DNA of 64,000 nt from Clostridia bacterium. GTDB taxonomy: Bacteria > Bacillota > Clostridia > TANB77 > CAG-508. Every line of letters starts with the position of its first letter. Position 1 is the stretch's first letter. Shown here in pieces: positions 29,823-38,400 of the stretch. The stretch is from NCBI GenBank assembly GCA_017510525.1, contig JAFWNC010000008.1:11119-75118 (forward strand), given 5' to 3'. A model generated the notes under the pieces. That model was not told where the DNA came from and ran no database searches. It saw only the letters and a list, made by a program, of their open reading frames with translations. A program made the position numbers and the translations under genes.

Positions 29823-30638
29823 ATGTTTGGAAAAAAGCATTCTAATGTTATTGGAACTATAATTACAATTATTATATTAATTTTACTTGTCATCTTGACA
29901 AATATAGATATAAAAAACTTGTCATATGCAGAAAGTTTAACTAGTTCAATTATTAGACCAGTACAAAATGGCTTTGCTATGTTGAAAAATAAAGTTACTG
30001 GAAATAAACAATTTTTTACAGATTTGGATACTTTAAGAAAAGAAAATGAAGAGCTAACAAAAGAAAATAGTGAACTTGAAACAAAGCTTAGAGAGCTAGA
30101 AATAATAAAAGCAGAAAATACAACATTACAAGAATATATGAGTTTAACTGATAAATACAAAGATTTTAAAACAATACCAGCAAATGTTATAGATAGAGAT
30201 GTTAGTAATTATAGTAGTACACTATTATTAAATGTTGGTAAAGATGATGGGGTTAAAGAGAATATGACTGTTATTGCTGATAAAGGTTTAGTTGGTCATG
30301 TTATTTCTGTTACAAATAATACAGCAAAGGTTCAAGTAATTGTTGATAGTAGTAGTAGTGTAAGTGCTCTAATAAGCACAAGTAATGAAAGCATTATATG
30401 TAAGGGTTCTGTTGAAAATGATTCAACATTAAAAGCAACTTATATAGATACGTCAGCTGAGCTTCTAACAGGTGATAGTGTTGTAACATCTGGATTAGGT
30501 GGTATTTATCCAAAAGGAATTACAATTGGAACAATAAAACAAGTTGTTGATAAATCAAATATAACTGATAGATATGCAATTGTTGAAACATCAGTTGATT
30601 TTTCAAAATTATATACAGTATTAGTAATTAATAATTAA
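29823..30638 (+). CDS. mreC: rod shape-determining protein MreC
   Basis: N-terminal TM segment, coiled-coil LRKENEELTKENSELE, C-terminal beta domains. 271 aa. Confidence 0.85.
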   Translation: MFGKKHSNVIGTIITIIILILLVILTNIDIKNLSYAESLTSSIIRPVQNGFAMLKNKVTGNKQFFTDLDTLRKENEELTKENSELETKLRELEIIKAENTTLQEYMSLTDKYKDFKTIPANVIDRDVSNYSSTLLLNVGKDDGVKENMTVIADKGLVGHVISVTNNTAKVQVIVDSSSSVSALISTSNESIICKGSVENDSTLKATYIDTSAELLTGDSVVTSGLGGIYPKGITIGTIKQVVDKSNITDRYAIVETSVDFSKLYTVLVINN

Positions 30639-30663
30639 TATTGTAATTTGAAAGGATTATTGA

Positions 30664-31197
30664 ATGAAAAAATTATTGATTGGAATAATTACATATTTGG
30701 TTTTCTTGCTATTATATTTCATACAAGCAGACTTTTTTAGCTGGTTTACAATCGCCAAAGTGTCGCCAAATTTATTCGTTATGCTTATATTATTTTTGGG
30801 CCTATTTGCTAGTGGGCCATTTGCTATGATTATGGGACTAATAACAGGCTTGTCACTTGATTTAATAATAGGAAAAACAATTGGTGTTTGTGCAATAATG
30901 CTATGTTTAGTTGGTATAATTGCAGGATATATAGACAAAAACTTTTCAAAAAACAGTAAGCTTACAATACTAATAATGGTAGCTGTTGTAACTTTTATTT
31001 ATGAAGTAGGATTATATTTGTTTAATGTAATAATTTTTGAAATGCCTATAGAATTAAAACCATTTTTTAAAATATTAATTATTGAAATTATCTATAATTC
31101 AATAATTACAATCATTTTCTATAAATTAATAACTAAGGTAGGATATAAAATAGAAAGTTATTTCAAGCAAAAAAATATTTTAACAAGATATTTTTAA
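30664..31197 (+). CDS. mreD: rod shape-determining protein MreD
   Basis: 177 aa polytopic membrane protein immediately after mreC. Confidence 0.75.
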   Translation: MKKLLIGIITYLVFLLLYFIQADFFSWFTIAKVSPNLFVMLILFLGLFASGPFAMIMGLITGLSLDLIIGKTIGVCAIMLCLVGIIAGYIDKNFSKNSKLTILIMVAVVTFIYEVGLYLFNVIIFEMPIELKPFFKILIIEIIYNSIITIIFYKLITKVGYKIESYFKQKNILTRYF

Positions 31198-31213
31198 GAG
31201 AGAAGGTGAATAA

Positions 31214-33307
31214 TTGGCTAAGAAAACAGAAGTTGAGAGAACGAATTTTAGATTTAATTTAATAACGACATTTGTTTATATAGTTGGTGCTATATTAATT
31301 ATTCAATTATTCAATCTTCAGATAGTTCATGGAAAAGAATATAGAGAAACATCAAATGTTAGGCTATCAAAAGAAGCAACTATAGAAGCAGCAAGAGGGA
31401 AAATCCTTGATAGAACTGGGAAAATATTAGCAGACACTCAAATGGGATTTAATGTTGATTTATATAAAACAAAAGCTTCAGAAGATGATATTAATAATGC
31501 TTTATTAATAGTAGCGCAAACTTTAGAAAGTAATGGGGATAAGTATATTGATGATTTTCCGATTTCGATAGATCCTTTTAATTTTGAGTTTGACTCAGAG
31601 GAAAAATTAGATAAATGGAGATATGAATATAGTATATCTGAAAAAGCTACTCCTGAAGAGGCTTTTTACAAGTTTAAAGATAAATATGGAATAAGCGAAA
31701 TAGAAGATGTTGGTGACCTAAGAAAGGTTATTGGTTTAAGGTATACGATTGAGAAAACTGGATACACTTCAACGACACCTATTCAATTAGCTCAGAATGT
31801 TTCTAGAAGCAGTATGCTTCAAATTAGTGAAAGAGGAAATGAGCTTCCAGGAATTAATATTGAGGTTGAATCAAATCGTGTATATTCTCAAGGAGAACTT
31901 GCATCACATATAATAGGCTATATTTCAAGGATAAATGAAGAAGAATATTCAAACAATAAAGATAAATATGAAGCAGATGATTATATTGGAAAAACTGGAA
32001 TTGAGTATTTATTTGAAGATTACCTAAGAGGTGAAAATGGTTTAAAACAAATAGATATGACAGTTGATGGAACATCGAGTGGTGAATATACTACTAAAGA
32101 TGCAATTGGAGGAGCTAATGTTGTTTTAACAATAGATGCGAATTTACAAGCTATAACAGAAGCGGCATTAGAAAACAATATTAATAAAATTAGATCAGGT
32201 GGATTTGACAAAGCGTATGATGCTCAAGGTGGAGCAGCAGTTGTAATAAATATTAAAACTGGCGAAATACTAGCTATGGCAAGTTTTCCAGATTATGAAC
32301 CAGGACAATTTTTAAATGGAATTTCAACTGATAAATGGAATGAATATCAAAACAATTCAGCAATATTAAATAGAGCAATTCAAGGAACTTATGCCCCAGG
32401 ATCAATATTTAAGATGGCTACAGCTATTGCAGGACTTGAATCAGGGGTAATTACAACAGATGAATATATTAATGATACTGGTGTTTATCCAAGAGCTCAC
32501 CATCCTGAATGTTGGTATTATACGAGTTATCATGTAGGACATGGATATTTAAATGTTTCTGGAGCAATACAACATTCATGTAACTATTTCTTTTATGAAA
32601 CAGCTGAAAGAATGGGAATAGATAAACTTTCAGCATATGCTAGTTATTTTGGATTAGGTAGAAAAACAGGAATTGAGCTTCCAAATGAAAGCTCAGGATC
32701 ACTTGCATCTGTTGAAACAGCTCAAAGAAAAGGTGAAGAATGGACAGAAGGTGGAACTTTATCTGCAGCTATTGGTCAAAGTTATAATGATTTTACACCA
32801 TTACAAGTTGCTAAATATATTGCAATGGTTGCTAATAGAGGTCAAGTAGTTAAGCCTACAATTATTCAAAATGTTGTAAATTCTGAAGGAAATCAAATTC
32901 CTAAAGAAGAAGTTAATGAGTTTGTTAGTAAAAAGCTTGGATTAGATGATGATTTTACTGAAAGTATAAACATGAGTGAAGAAAATATAAATGCTGTTTT
33001 AGAGGGAATGAGATCTGTTACAGATGATGTTGGAGGAACAGCGTATAGTACTTTTAAAGATTTCGATATAACTGTTGGAGGTAAAACAGGTTCAACAGAG
33101 GCTGGAAATTACACAAATGCTTGGTTCGCAGGATTTGCTCCTTTTGATAATCCTGAAATAGCAGTTGTTGTTTTAGTTGAAAATGGTGGACATGGTTCTT
33201 ATACAGCTGAGGTTGTTAGAGATATAATTGGCGAGTATTTTGGAATGAACATGGAGGAGATACGAGAAAATATGTCTGCGACATACGAAACAGAAAGCAT
33301 CAGATAA
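31214..33307 (+). CDS. mrdA: penicillin-binding protein 2 (class B transpeptidase)
   Basis: SIFK (SxxK), SCN (SxN) and KTGS (KTG) motifs. N-terminal TM segment. TTG start at 31214. Confidence 0.85.
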   Translation: MAKKTEVERTNFRFNLITTFVYIVGAILIIQLFNLQIVHGKEYRETSNVRLSKEATIEAARGKILDRTGKILADTQMGFNVDLYKTKASEDDINNALLIVAQTLESNGDKYIDDFPISIDPFNFEFDSEEKLDKWRYEYSISEKATPEEAFYKFKDKYGISEIEDVGDLRKVIGLRYTIEKTGYTSTTPIQLAQNVSRSSMLQISERGNELPGINIEVESNRVYSQGELASHIIGYISRINEEEYSNNKDKYEADDYIGKTGIEYLFEDYLRGENGLKQIDMTVDGTSSGEYTTKDAIGGANVVLTIDANLQAITEAALENNINKIRSGGFDKAYDAQGGAAVVINIKTGEILAMASFPDYEPGQFLNGISTDKWNEYQNNSAILNRAIQGTYAPGSIFKMATAIAGLESGVITTDEYINDTGVYPRAHHPECWYYTSYHVGHGYLNVSGAIQHSCNYFFYETAERMGIDKLSAYASYFGLGRKTGIELPNESSGSLASVETAQRKGEEWTEGGTLSAAIGQSYNDFTPLQVAKYIAMVANRGQVVKPTIIQNVVNSEGNQIPKEEVNEFVSKKLGLDDDFTESINMSEENINAVLEGMRSVTDDVGGTAYSTFKDFDITVGGKTGSTEAGNYTNAWFAGFAPFDNPEIAVVVLVENGGHGSYTAEVVRDIIGEYFGMNMEEIRENMSATYETESIR

Positions 33308-33365
33308 AATGAGCTATAAATTATATATTTTCTGTATAAAAATAAAAGAAAGGAAGTCTAATAAT

Positions 33366-33974
33366 ATGAGAAGTGTAATCAGAATTACAGCTACAAAAGA
33401 AGAAATAAAAATTACAATAAATGTTGAAGGTGAAATGCCACAGATTTTGGAAGAGTTAGAAGCAAAGATGCCAAGACTAAAGAAATATTATAATAAAGAA
33501 AAAACACCAATTCATATTATTGGAAAAGTTTTAAAAGAAAAAGAAAAAGATGAAATAAGAAAATTAATAGCAAAATCAATAGATGTAAGAGTTTCTTTCG
33601 GAGAAACATCTGAATTGCTTGGTTTACATGCAATCAAAAAGACATATGAAAGTGAAATTGATACATCAGAAACAAAATTCATTCAAGGCTCTCTTCGTTC
33701 AGGGCAAAGAGAAGAATTTACTGGAAGCATAGTAATCCTAGGAGATTTGAATTATGGAGCAGAAGTAATAGCAGGAGAAAATATTGTTGTTTTAGGAACA
33801 CTAAGAGGATTAGCACATGCAGGAGCAAATGGGAATAAGAAAGCTATAATTTCAGCAAATTCAATAGATTGTATACAAGTAAGAATTGCAAACATAGTAA
33901 AAGAAATAGAACCAACAGAAGTGAAATTCCCTTTTATTTACTTAAATGAAAATGATAATATAGTAGTTGAATAA
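33366..33974 (+). CDS. minC: septum site-determining protein MinC
   Basis: C-terminal beta-helix repeats (IVILGDLNYGAEVIAGENIVVLGTLRGLAHAG). Start MRSVIRI follows AAAGGAAG. No minD or minE follows. Confidence 0.8.
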   Translation: MRSVIRITATKEEIKITINVEGEMPQILEELEAKMPRLKKYYNKEKTPIHIIGKVLKEKEKDEIRKLIAKSIDVRVSFGETSELLGLHAIKKTYESEIDTSETKFIQGSLRSGQREEFTGSIVILGDLNYGAEVIAGENIVVLGTLRGLAHAGANGNKKAIISANSIDCIQVRIANIVKEIEPTEVKFPFIYLNENDNIVVE

Positions 33975-33980
33975 AAAAAT

Positions 33981-34013
33981 GTAGGGGCGACGTTAGCGTT
34001 GCCCGATTTTTTT
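33981..34013 (+). terminator. REP-like GC hairpin plus T7 (terminator of minC)
   Basis: gtaggggcgacgttagcgttgcccgattttttt. Confidence 0.6.
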
Positions 34014-34115
34014 GACTTTTGGGGACGCGGGTGGAAATGGGGACGGTTCTCTTTTCCAAGGAAAACTTGGAAAAGAGAACCGTCCCCATTTCCACCCGCG
34101 TCCCCAAAAGTCAAA
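34011..34115. repeat. perfect 105-bp hairpin palindrome (50-bp arms, 5-nt loop)
   Basis: tttgacttttggggacgcgggtggaaatggggacggttctcttttccaag | gaaaa | exact reverse complement. Verified base by base. Confidence 0.9.
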
Positions 34116-34117
34116 AG

Positions 34118-34465
34118 TCATAGGTCTATTAGGTTTGTTAGGTCTAGGTCTAGGAGGATTAGGATTATTGCTATGTATAAATACCAATCTGTGCAGTTTT
34201 CGAAGAATAGGAATAGTAGTATTCCGTAGAGGATTAGGTCGTCGAGTTGTAGGGGAATGTTGAAATGCGACATTATGGTGTTTAGTGTGGTGTTGCGGGA
34301 ATCGGGGGTTTCAATTTGATTTTCGCCAATTTGGGGTTGTAGGGGCATATTGCTAATAGTGCCCCCTACGGTATTGGGTGGGATGTTTTTGGGTTGTGGT
34401 GGCCATGGGTTATTGGTTCTGTATTCATATGGGCTATAGGGCGGGTATATTGTGTTGTATGGCAT
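34118..34465 (-). CDS. small Pro/Tyr-rich protein (MPYNTIYPPYSPYEYRTNNPWPPQP...), possible spore-coat-like; doubtful gene
   Basis: ATG overlaps the stop of the upstream gene (TAATG). A REP-like element (34339-34369) is translated in-frame. Confidence 0.35.
   Translation of the reverse strand: MPYNTIYPPYSPYEYRTNNPWPPQPKNIPPNTVGGTISNMPLQPQIGENQIETPDSRNTTLNTIMSHFNIPLQLDDLILYGILLFLFFENCTDWYLYIAIILILLDLDLTNLIDL
34339..34369. repeat. REP-like element
   Basis: gtaggggcatattgctaatagtgccccctac. Confidence 0.65.
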
Positions 34466-34800
34466 TATTTATCACCGCCTTGTTTTTGTAGTGTTTTGAA
34501 TATTTTTATGTATCTTAAGATTTGAGAGTATTGGTCTATTTTGTTTCTTCTGCTTTCGCGCATGTATGGTTTTAGTGCTTGGAGTAGGTTTGAGTTGTTT
34601 TCGCTTGTATTGTTTGAATCTAGAATTGTTTTTATTTTCATTATTGTGTTTATGTCTATGTTGTCAAAGATATTGTTGGAGCTTGTATTTGTTTCGGTTG
34701 TTTGGGTTGAGGAATCTGGTTTATTGCCGAATAGTGTGGTTGGGTCGATGTTTTTTTCTTTTAAGATTTCTGAGAATTTGTTTAATAAGTCGTCGTTCAT
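34465..34800 (-). CDS. hypothetical small protein, 111 aa (MNDDLLNKFSEILKEKNIDPTTLFG...)
   Basis: GGAGGAAT RBS. Hydrophilic and Asn/Ser-rich. The +strand ORFs covering the same DNA are hydrophobic read-throughs. Confidence 0.5.
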   Translation of the reverse strand: MNDDLLNKFSEILKEKNIDPTTLFGNKPDSSTQTTETNTSSNNIFDNIDINTIMKIKTILDSNNTSENNSNLLQALKPYMRESRRNKIDQYSQILRYIKIFKTLQKQGGDK

Positions 34801-34816
34801 GGATTCCTCCTTTTTT

Positions 34817-34914
34817 ATTGGGTATGCTTTCGTAGAATGGACGAGCAATGCTCGCCCCTACAATATTGGGTATGGCGTTGTAGAATGGGTACATTGCTAA
34901 TAGTGCCCTACTAT
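34817..34914. repeat. tandem pair of REP-like units
   Basis: ttgggtatgctttcgtagaatgg-ACGAGCAATGCTCG-cccctaca, then ttgggtatggcgttgtagaatgg-GTACATTGCTAATAGTGC-cctacta. Confidence 0.6.
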
Positions 34915-35061
34915 TTATGGTTTGTTTTTTAGGTCTTTGAGGATGTTTTCGGGGTTTTGGTTGTTTAATACTTGCTTGGCTTTGTTGATTCCTTGTTCTA
35001 GTTCTTGTTTATCCATTTTAGATAACATATCAAGCAGGGTATTTATATCTTTATTATTCAT
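34915..35061 (-). CDS. small protein, 48 aa (MNNKDINTLLDMLSKMDKQELEQGINKAKQVLNNQNPENILKDLKNKP)
   Basis: Hand-translated. AAAGGAG RBS. Below the ORF-track cutoff. Confidence 0.4.
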   Translation of the reverse strand: MNNKDINTLLDMLSKMDKQELEQGINKAKQVLNNQNPENILKDLKNKP

Positions 35062-35357
35062 TTGGTTTCATCTCCTTTGTTTTAGTATATGATTTGAGTT
35101 ATTTTATATGCGTGTCTAAAAAATTATAATTAAAAGTATTGATATTTTAATATCTCATAAAAAAAATTGTCTATATGTTTTTACAATTTGTCTTTTTGGG
35201 TAAACAATATTCTATATTATGTAACTTTAAAATAGATTTTTAAAATTATTCTACAAAAAATTTAATCTAAATGTAATATTCGACAAAATTCAGTATTTTC
35301 CGTAAAATCAGAGATTACAAGGAAAACTAAAAATTACTTATATAAAAAAAAGTGACA

Positions 35358-35385
35358 TTGACAGGTTTTTAAAAGTATTTAAAAT
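35358..35385 (+). promoter_or_regulatory. putative promoter TTGACA-16-TAAAAT for the first giant operon
   Basis: ttgaca 35358-35363. Confidence 0.35.
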
Positions 35386-35435
35386 AAAAATTAAAATAAA
35401 GGCAGAATATTTTTATTGTGAGAATGTTCAAAGAA

Positions 35436-35457
35436 ATGGAGTACTTAAGTTCTCCAT
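35436..35457. repeat. family-2 palindromic element
   Basis: atggagtacttaagttctccat, sited between the putative promoter and the RBS of the 35483 gene (operator-like position). Confidence 0.55.
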
Positions 35458-35482
35458 ATTAAGAAATTTTGGAGGTAGAGAA

Positions 35483-38400
35483 ATGCAAAAGAATAGGAGT
35501 ATAAGAGAGAAAATCACAGCTAGTGTTTTAGTTATATGTTTGCTTATGTCATATTTGGCTACATTTAGTAGTATCTATGTAACTTATGCTAGTGATGAAA
35601 AAGCTGAAGTTGTTTTCAAGGCTGAAATTGTTGATTTGAATAGTGAAAATTCAAATGAACAATCTGAAAATAATGAAAACACTGAAGAAACAGAGAATAA
35701 TGAAGAGCTGGAGAATCAGGTTGAAACTGAAGAACAAGATGAAAATAGTTCAAATCAAGAAGCTGAGGTTAACCTACAAACTAACACCCCTGAATCAGAA
35801 GAAAAACCTGGAAGTAGGTTTGTTCTTAAGATTAAGGTTGGTGTTAAAAATAATGGTTATTTGAAAAACGGCAAGATTGAAATCTCTGATCTTGAAAACC
35901 AAATTTTCTCTATTTCTGAATTCTCTAATCCTATAGTTCAATCTATCTCTGATGGAGTTATAAAACTTAAAACAATAGATGCAAAAGAAGAATATGAAAT
36001 CGAAATACCTCTTGAATTAAAGAAAAATGCTGATGTTTCAGCAAATTCTATAGAAAACGGAACAAAGATAAAACTAACTGGAATATATGTTGACGAACAA
36101 GCTGTTGAAGAAAAAGTTGAAAGGGAACAAACTGTTTTCGTTGAGGTTGAAAACGAAAGAAAAATCGAAATAGGAAGCAACATTGAAAAATTTATTAAAT
36201 ATACTCAAGATAGTAAAGAATATGCGTTAATCCAAGTAAAGGTTGAAATTCAAGATACAGCTGAAAACCTTATATTACCTGTTAAATCAACTGATTTAGC
36301 AATCAAACTTCCTGAAATAACTGTTGAGGAAGGTAAGGAAAAGCCAGAGATTGAAAAAGTTTTAGTTGTTGCAAAAAATACTGGTTTCACAAATGGTAAA
36401 TTAGGTTCAGATGTTAAGTTTACTGAGGATAATTATAGTGTAAACAATGATGGAAAACTTAATATACATGTTGAAAATAAGGCTGAAGATGGAAAATACA
36501 AACAAACAAATGGAAAAGATGAATATTTAATAGAGCTAACTTATAATAATGCAGAAAATATTCAAACACAGTCTGCAAAAGGCAAAATTGAAGCTACTAT
36601 TAGTTTATTTGACAAGAAATCTACAAAAGATGTAAATAGTGTTTTAGAACAAGAATACAAATTTGATGAAGCTTCTACAAATAAGGTTACATATGATGTT
36701 CGAACTCTTACAGAAAAAATAAGTAAAGGAAATATATATGCTAACATAAACAAAGAAGATAACTACTATGAAACAGAATATAAAAATGAGGTTTCATTTA
36801 ATATTTCAAGAGCCAATAGTATAAAAACAATTGAAATTAGAGAATATGATGAAAGTTATTATATTGAAGATGGTAGTAAATATTCTACAAAAACTGATGT
36901 TGGGCTAGATACTTATTACAAAACATCAACCTTTAATAAAGAAAACTTAGTTAATATAATTGGCGAAAACGGTAGTTTAGAAATACTAAACGAGGAGGGA
37001 GATAGCTTAATTACTATTAATAAAGATACACAAGCTAATGAAGAAGGAAATATTGTTTATCCTTATAATAACAAAATCGAAAAAATCGTTGTAAGGGTTA
37101 ATAATCCTGAAAAAGAGGGAATTTTAAATATTCAAAATACAAAAGCAATTGAAAAGAGTAATTATACTAAAGAATCTTTAGTTCAATTTAAAGGAATTGC
37201 TAATTCATATAATGCAGCTGCTTTATATGATGAGGATATCAAGTCTGAGCTTGGTATTAAAGAAATTAAAACAGAAATGGTTGGAACAAAAACTAGAGCA
37301 GACATGGAGATTTCAAGGGGAACTTTAAGTACTATTGTTAAAAATGAAGATGTTGAGTTTGATATTTGTTTAAACAATTCAAAAGATTCAAGCGATATGT
37401 ATATTAATCCTGAATTTGAAATTACTCTTCCAGCTGGTGTTACAACGGCTACTATTAAAGATATCAACGTTTTATACGGAAATAATGAGCTTATAAAGTC
37501 AGAAGAGTCAAGAACTGGTTTGAATGATAACAATCAAGTTGTAATTTATGTAAAACTTGATGGTGTTCAAAAGAATTATAGTATTGGTGATACTGAAAGA
37601 GGAACAACTATTGTTGTTAAAACTGATATTGAATTAGATAGATATTTATCTAATAGAGAAGCTCCAGTTGAACTTAGATATAGAAATGAAAATGCTACAG
37701 AATATGGTTCTGAGGTTGTTGACGGTGTTGCAAAAGAAACACTAAATTTCAAATTTCAGGGCGGATTTGGTGTTGTAGCAAGCCAAAGAATAAGCGGATA
37801 TAATGCTGATAATTATGTAATGTCTATGAACCAAGGTGAGCAAATAGCTTCTATTTCTGATGTTGAAACTTCAAAACAAGCTGAAATGGAGATTGCTTTA
37901 ATTAATAATAATGAAGAGATTATGGAAAACCCTATTATATTAGGAAGAATTCCTTTTGATGGTGTTACTTCAATTAGTAGTTCAGAGAGCTTGGGAGCAA
38001 ATGTAAATACAAAAATGACTAGCGGAATAGAGAAAATTGTTGGAAAAGATGTTAAAGTATATTATTCAGAAAATGGTGAAGCAACAAAAGAATTAGATAA
38101 AGCTGAAAATGGATGGAGAGAAGATATTGGCGATTTACAAAAGGTTAAATCATATTTAATAGTTGTTGATGGAAATATTGAGATTGGTGAAAGTTTAGCT
38201 TTAAAATATGGTTTTGAAATTCCTGAAAACTTAGGAAAAAATGCTAGTATTTTCGGAACTTTTGGAGTTTACTATGATACTGAAATTGGAACAAAATTAG
38301 TTGAGGCTAATAAAGTTGGTCTTGAAACTGAAAAGGAAGAAATTCAAGAATCAGAGGAAACAGTATCTTTATTTAGTGTTAGAGCAGTACGTTACGGAAC

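Noticed and set aside
27169-32211. ORFs 27169..27363, 29248..29523, 29732..30160, 30657..30938, 31854..32075 and 32020..32211
   Set aside because: Antisense to, or out-of-frame within, the M23 peptidase, radC, mreC, mreD and PBP2.
33993-34263. ORFs 33993..34187 (-), 33999..34229 (+) and 34012..34263 (+) with mirror-image peptides
   Set aside because: Artefacts of the 105-bp perfect palindrome. No RBS. Low-complexity G/P/W-rich translations.
34541-34900. Plus-strand ORFs 34541..34900 and 34566..34835
   Set aside because: Hydrophobic read-through antisense to the better-supported minus-strand genes (which have an RBS and are hydrophilic). They run into REP-like elements.
9716-35457. Reading the family-2 palindromes as a plain LexA regulon
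   Set aside because: Conserved flanks beyond the Cheo box, five copies in 64 kb and association with REP elements fit a repeat family better. Kept as a finding with both readings.
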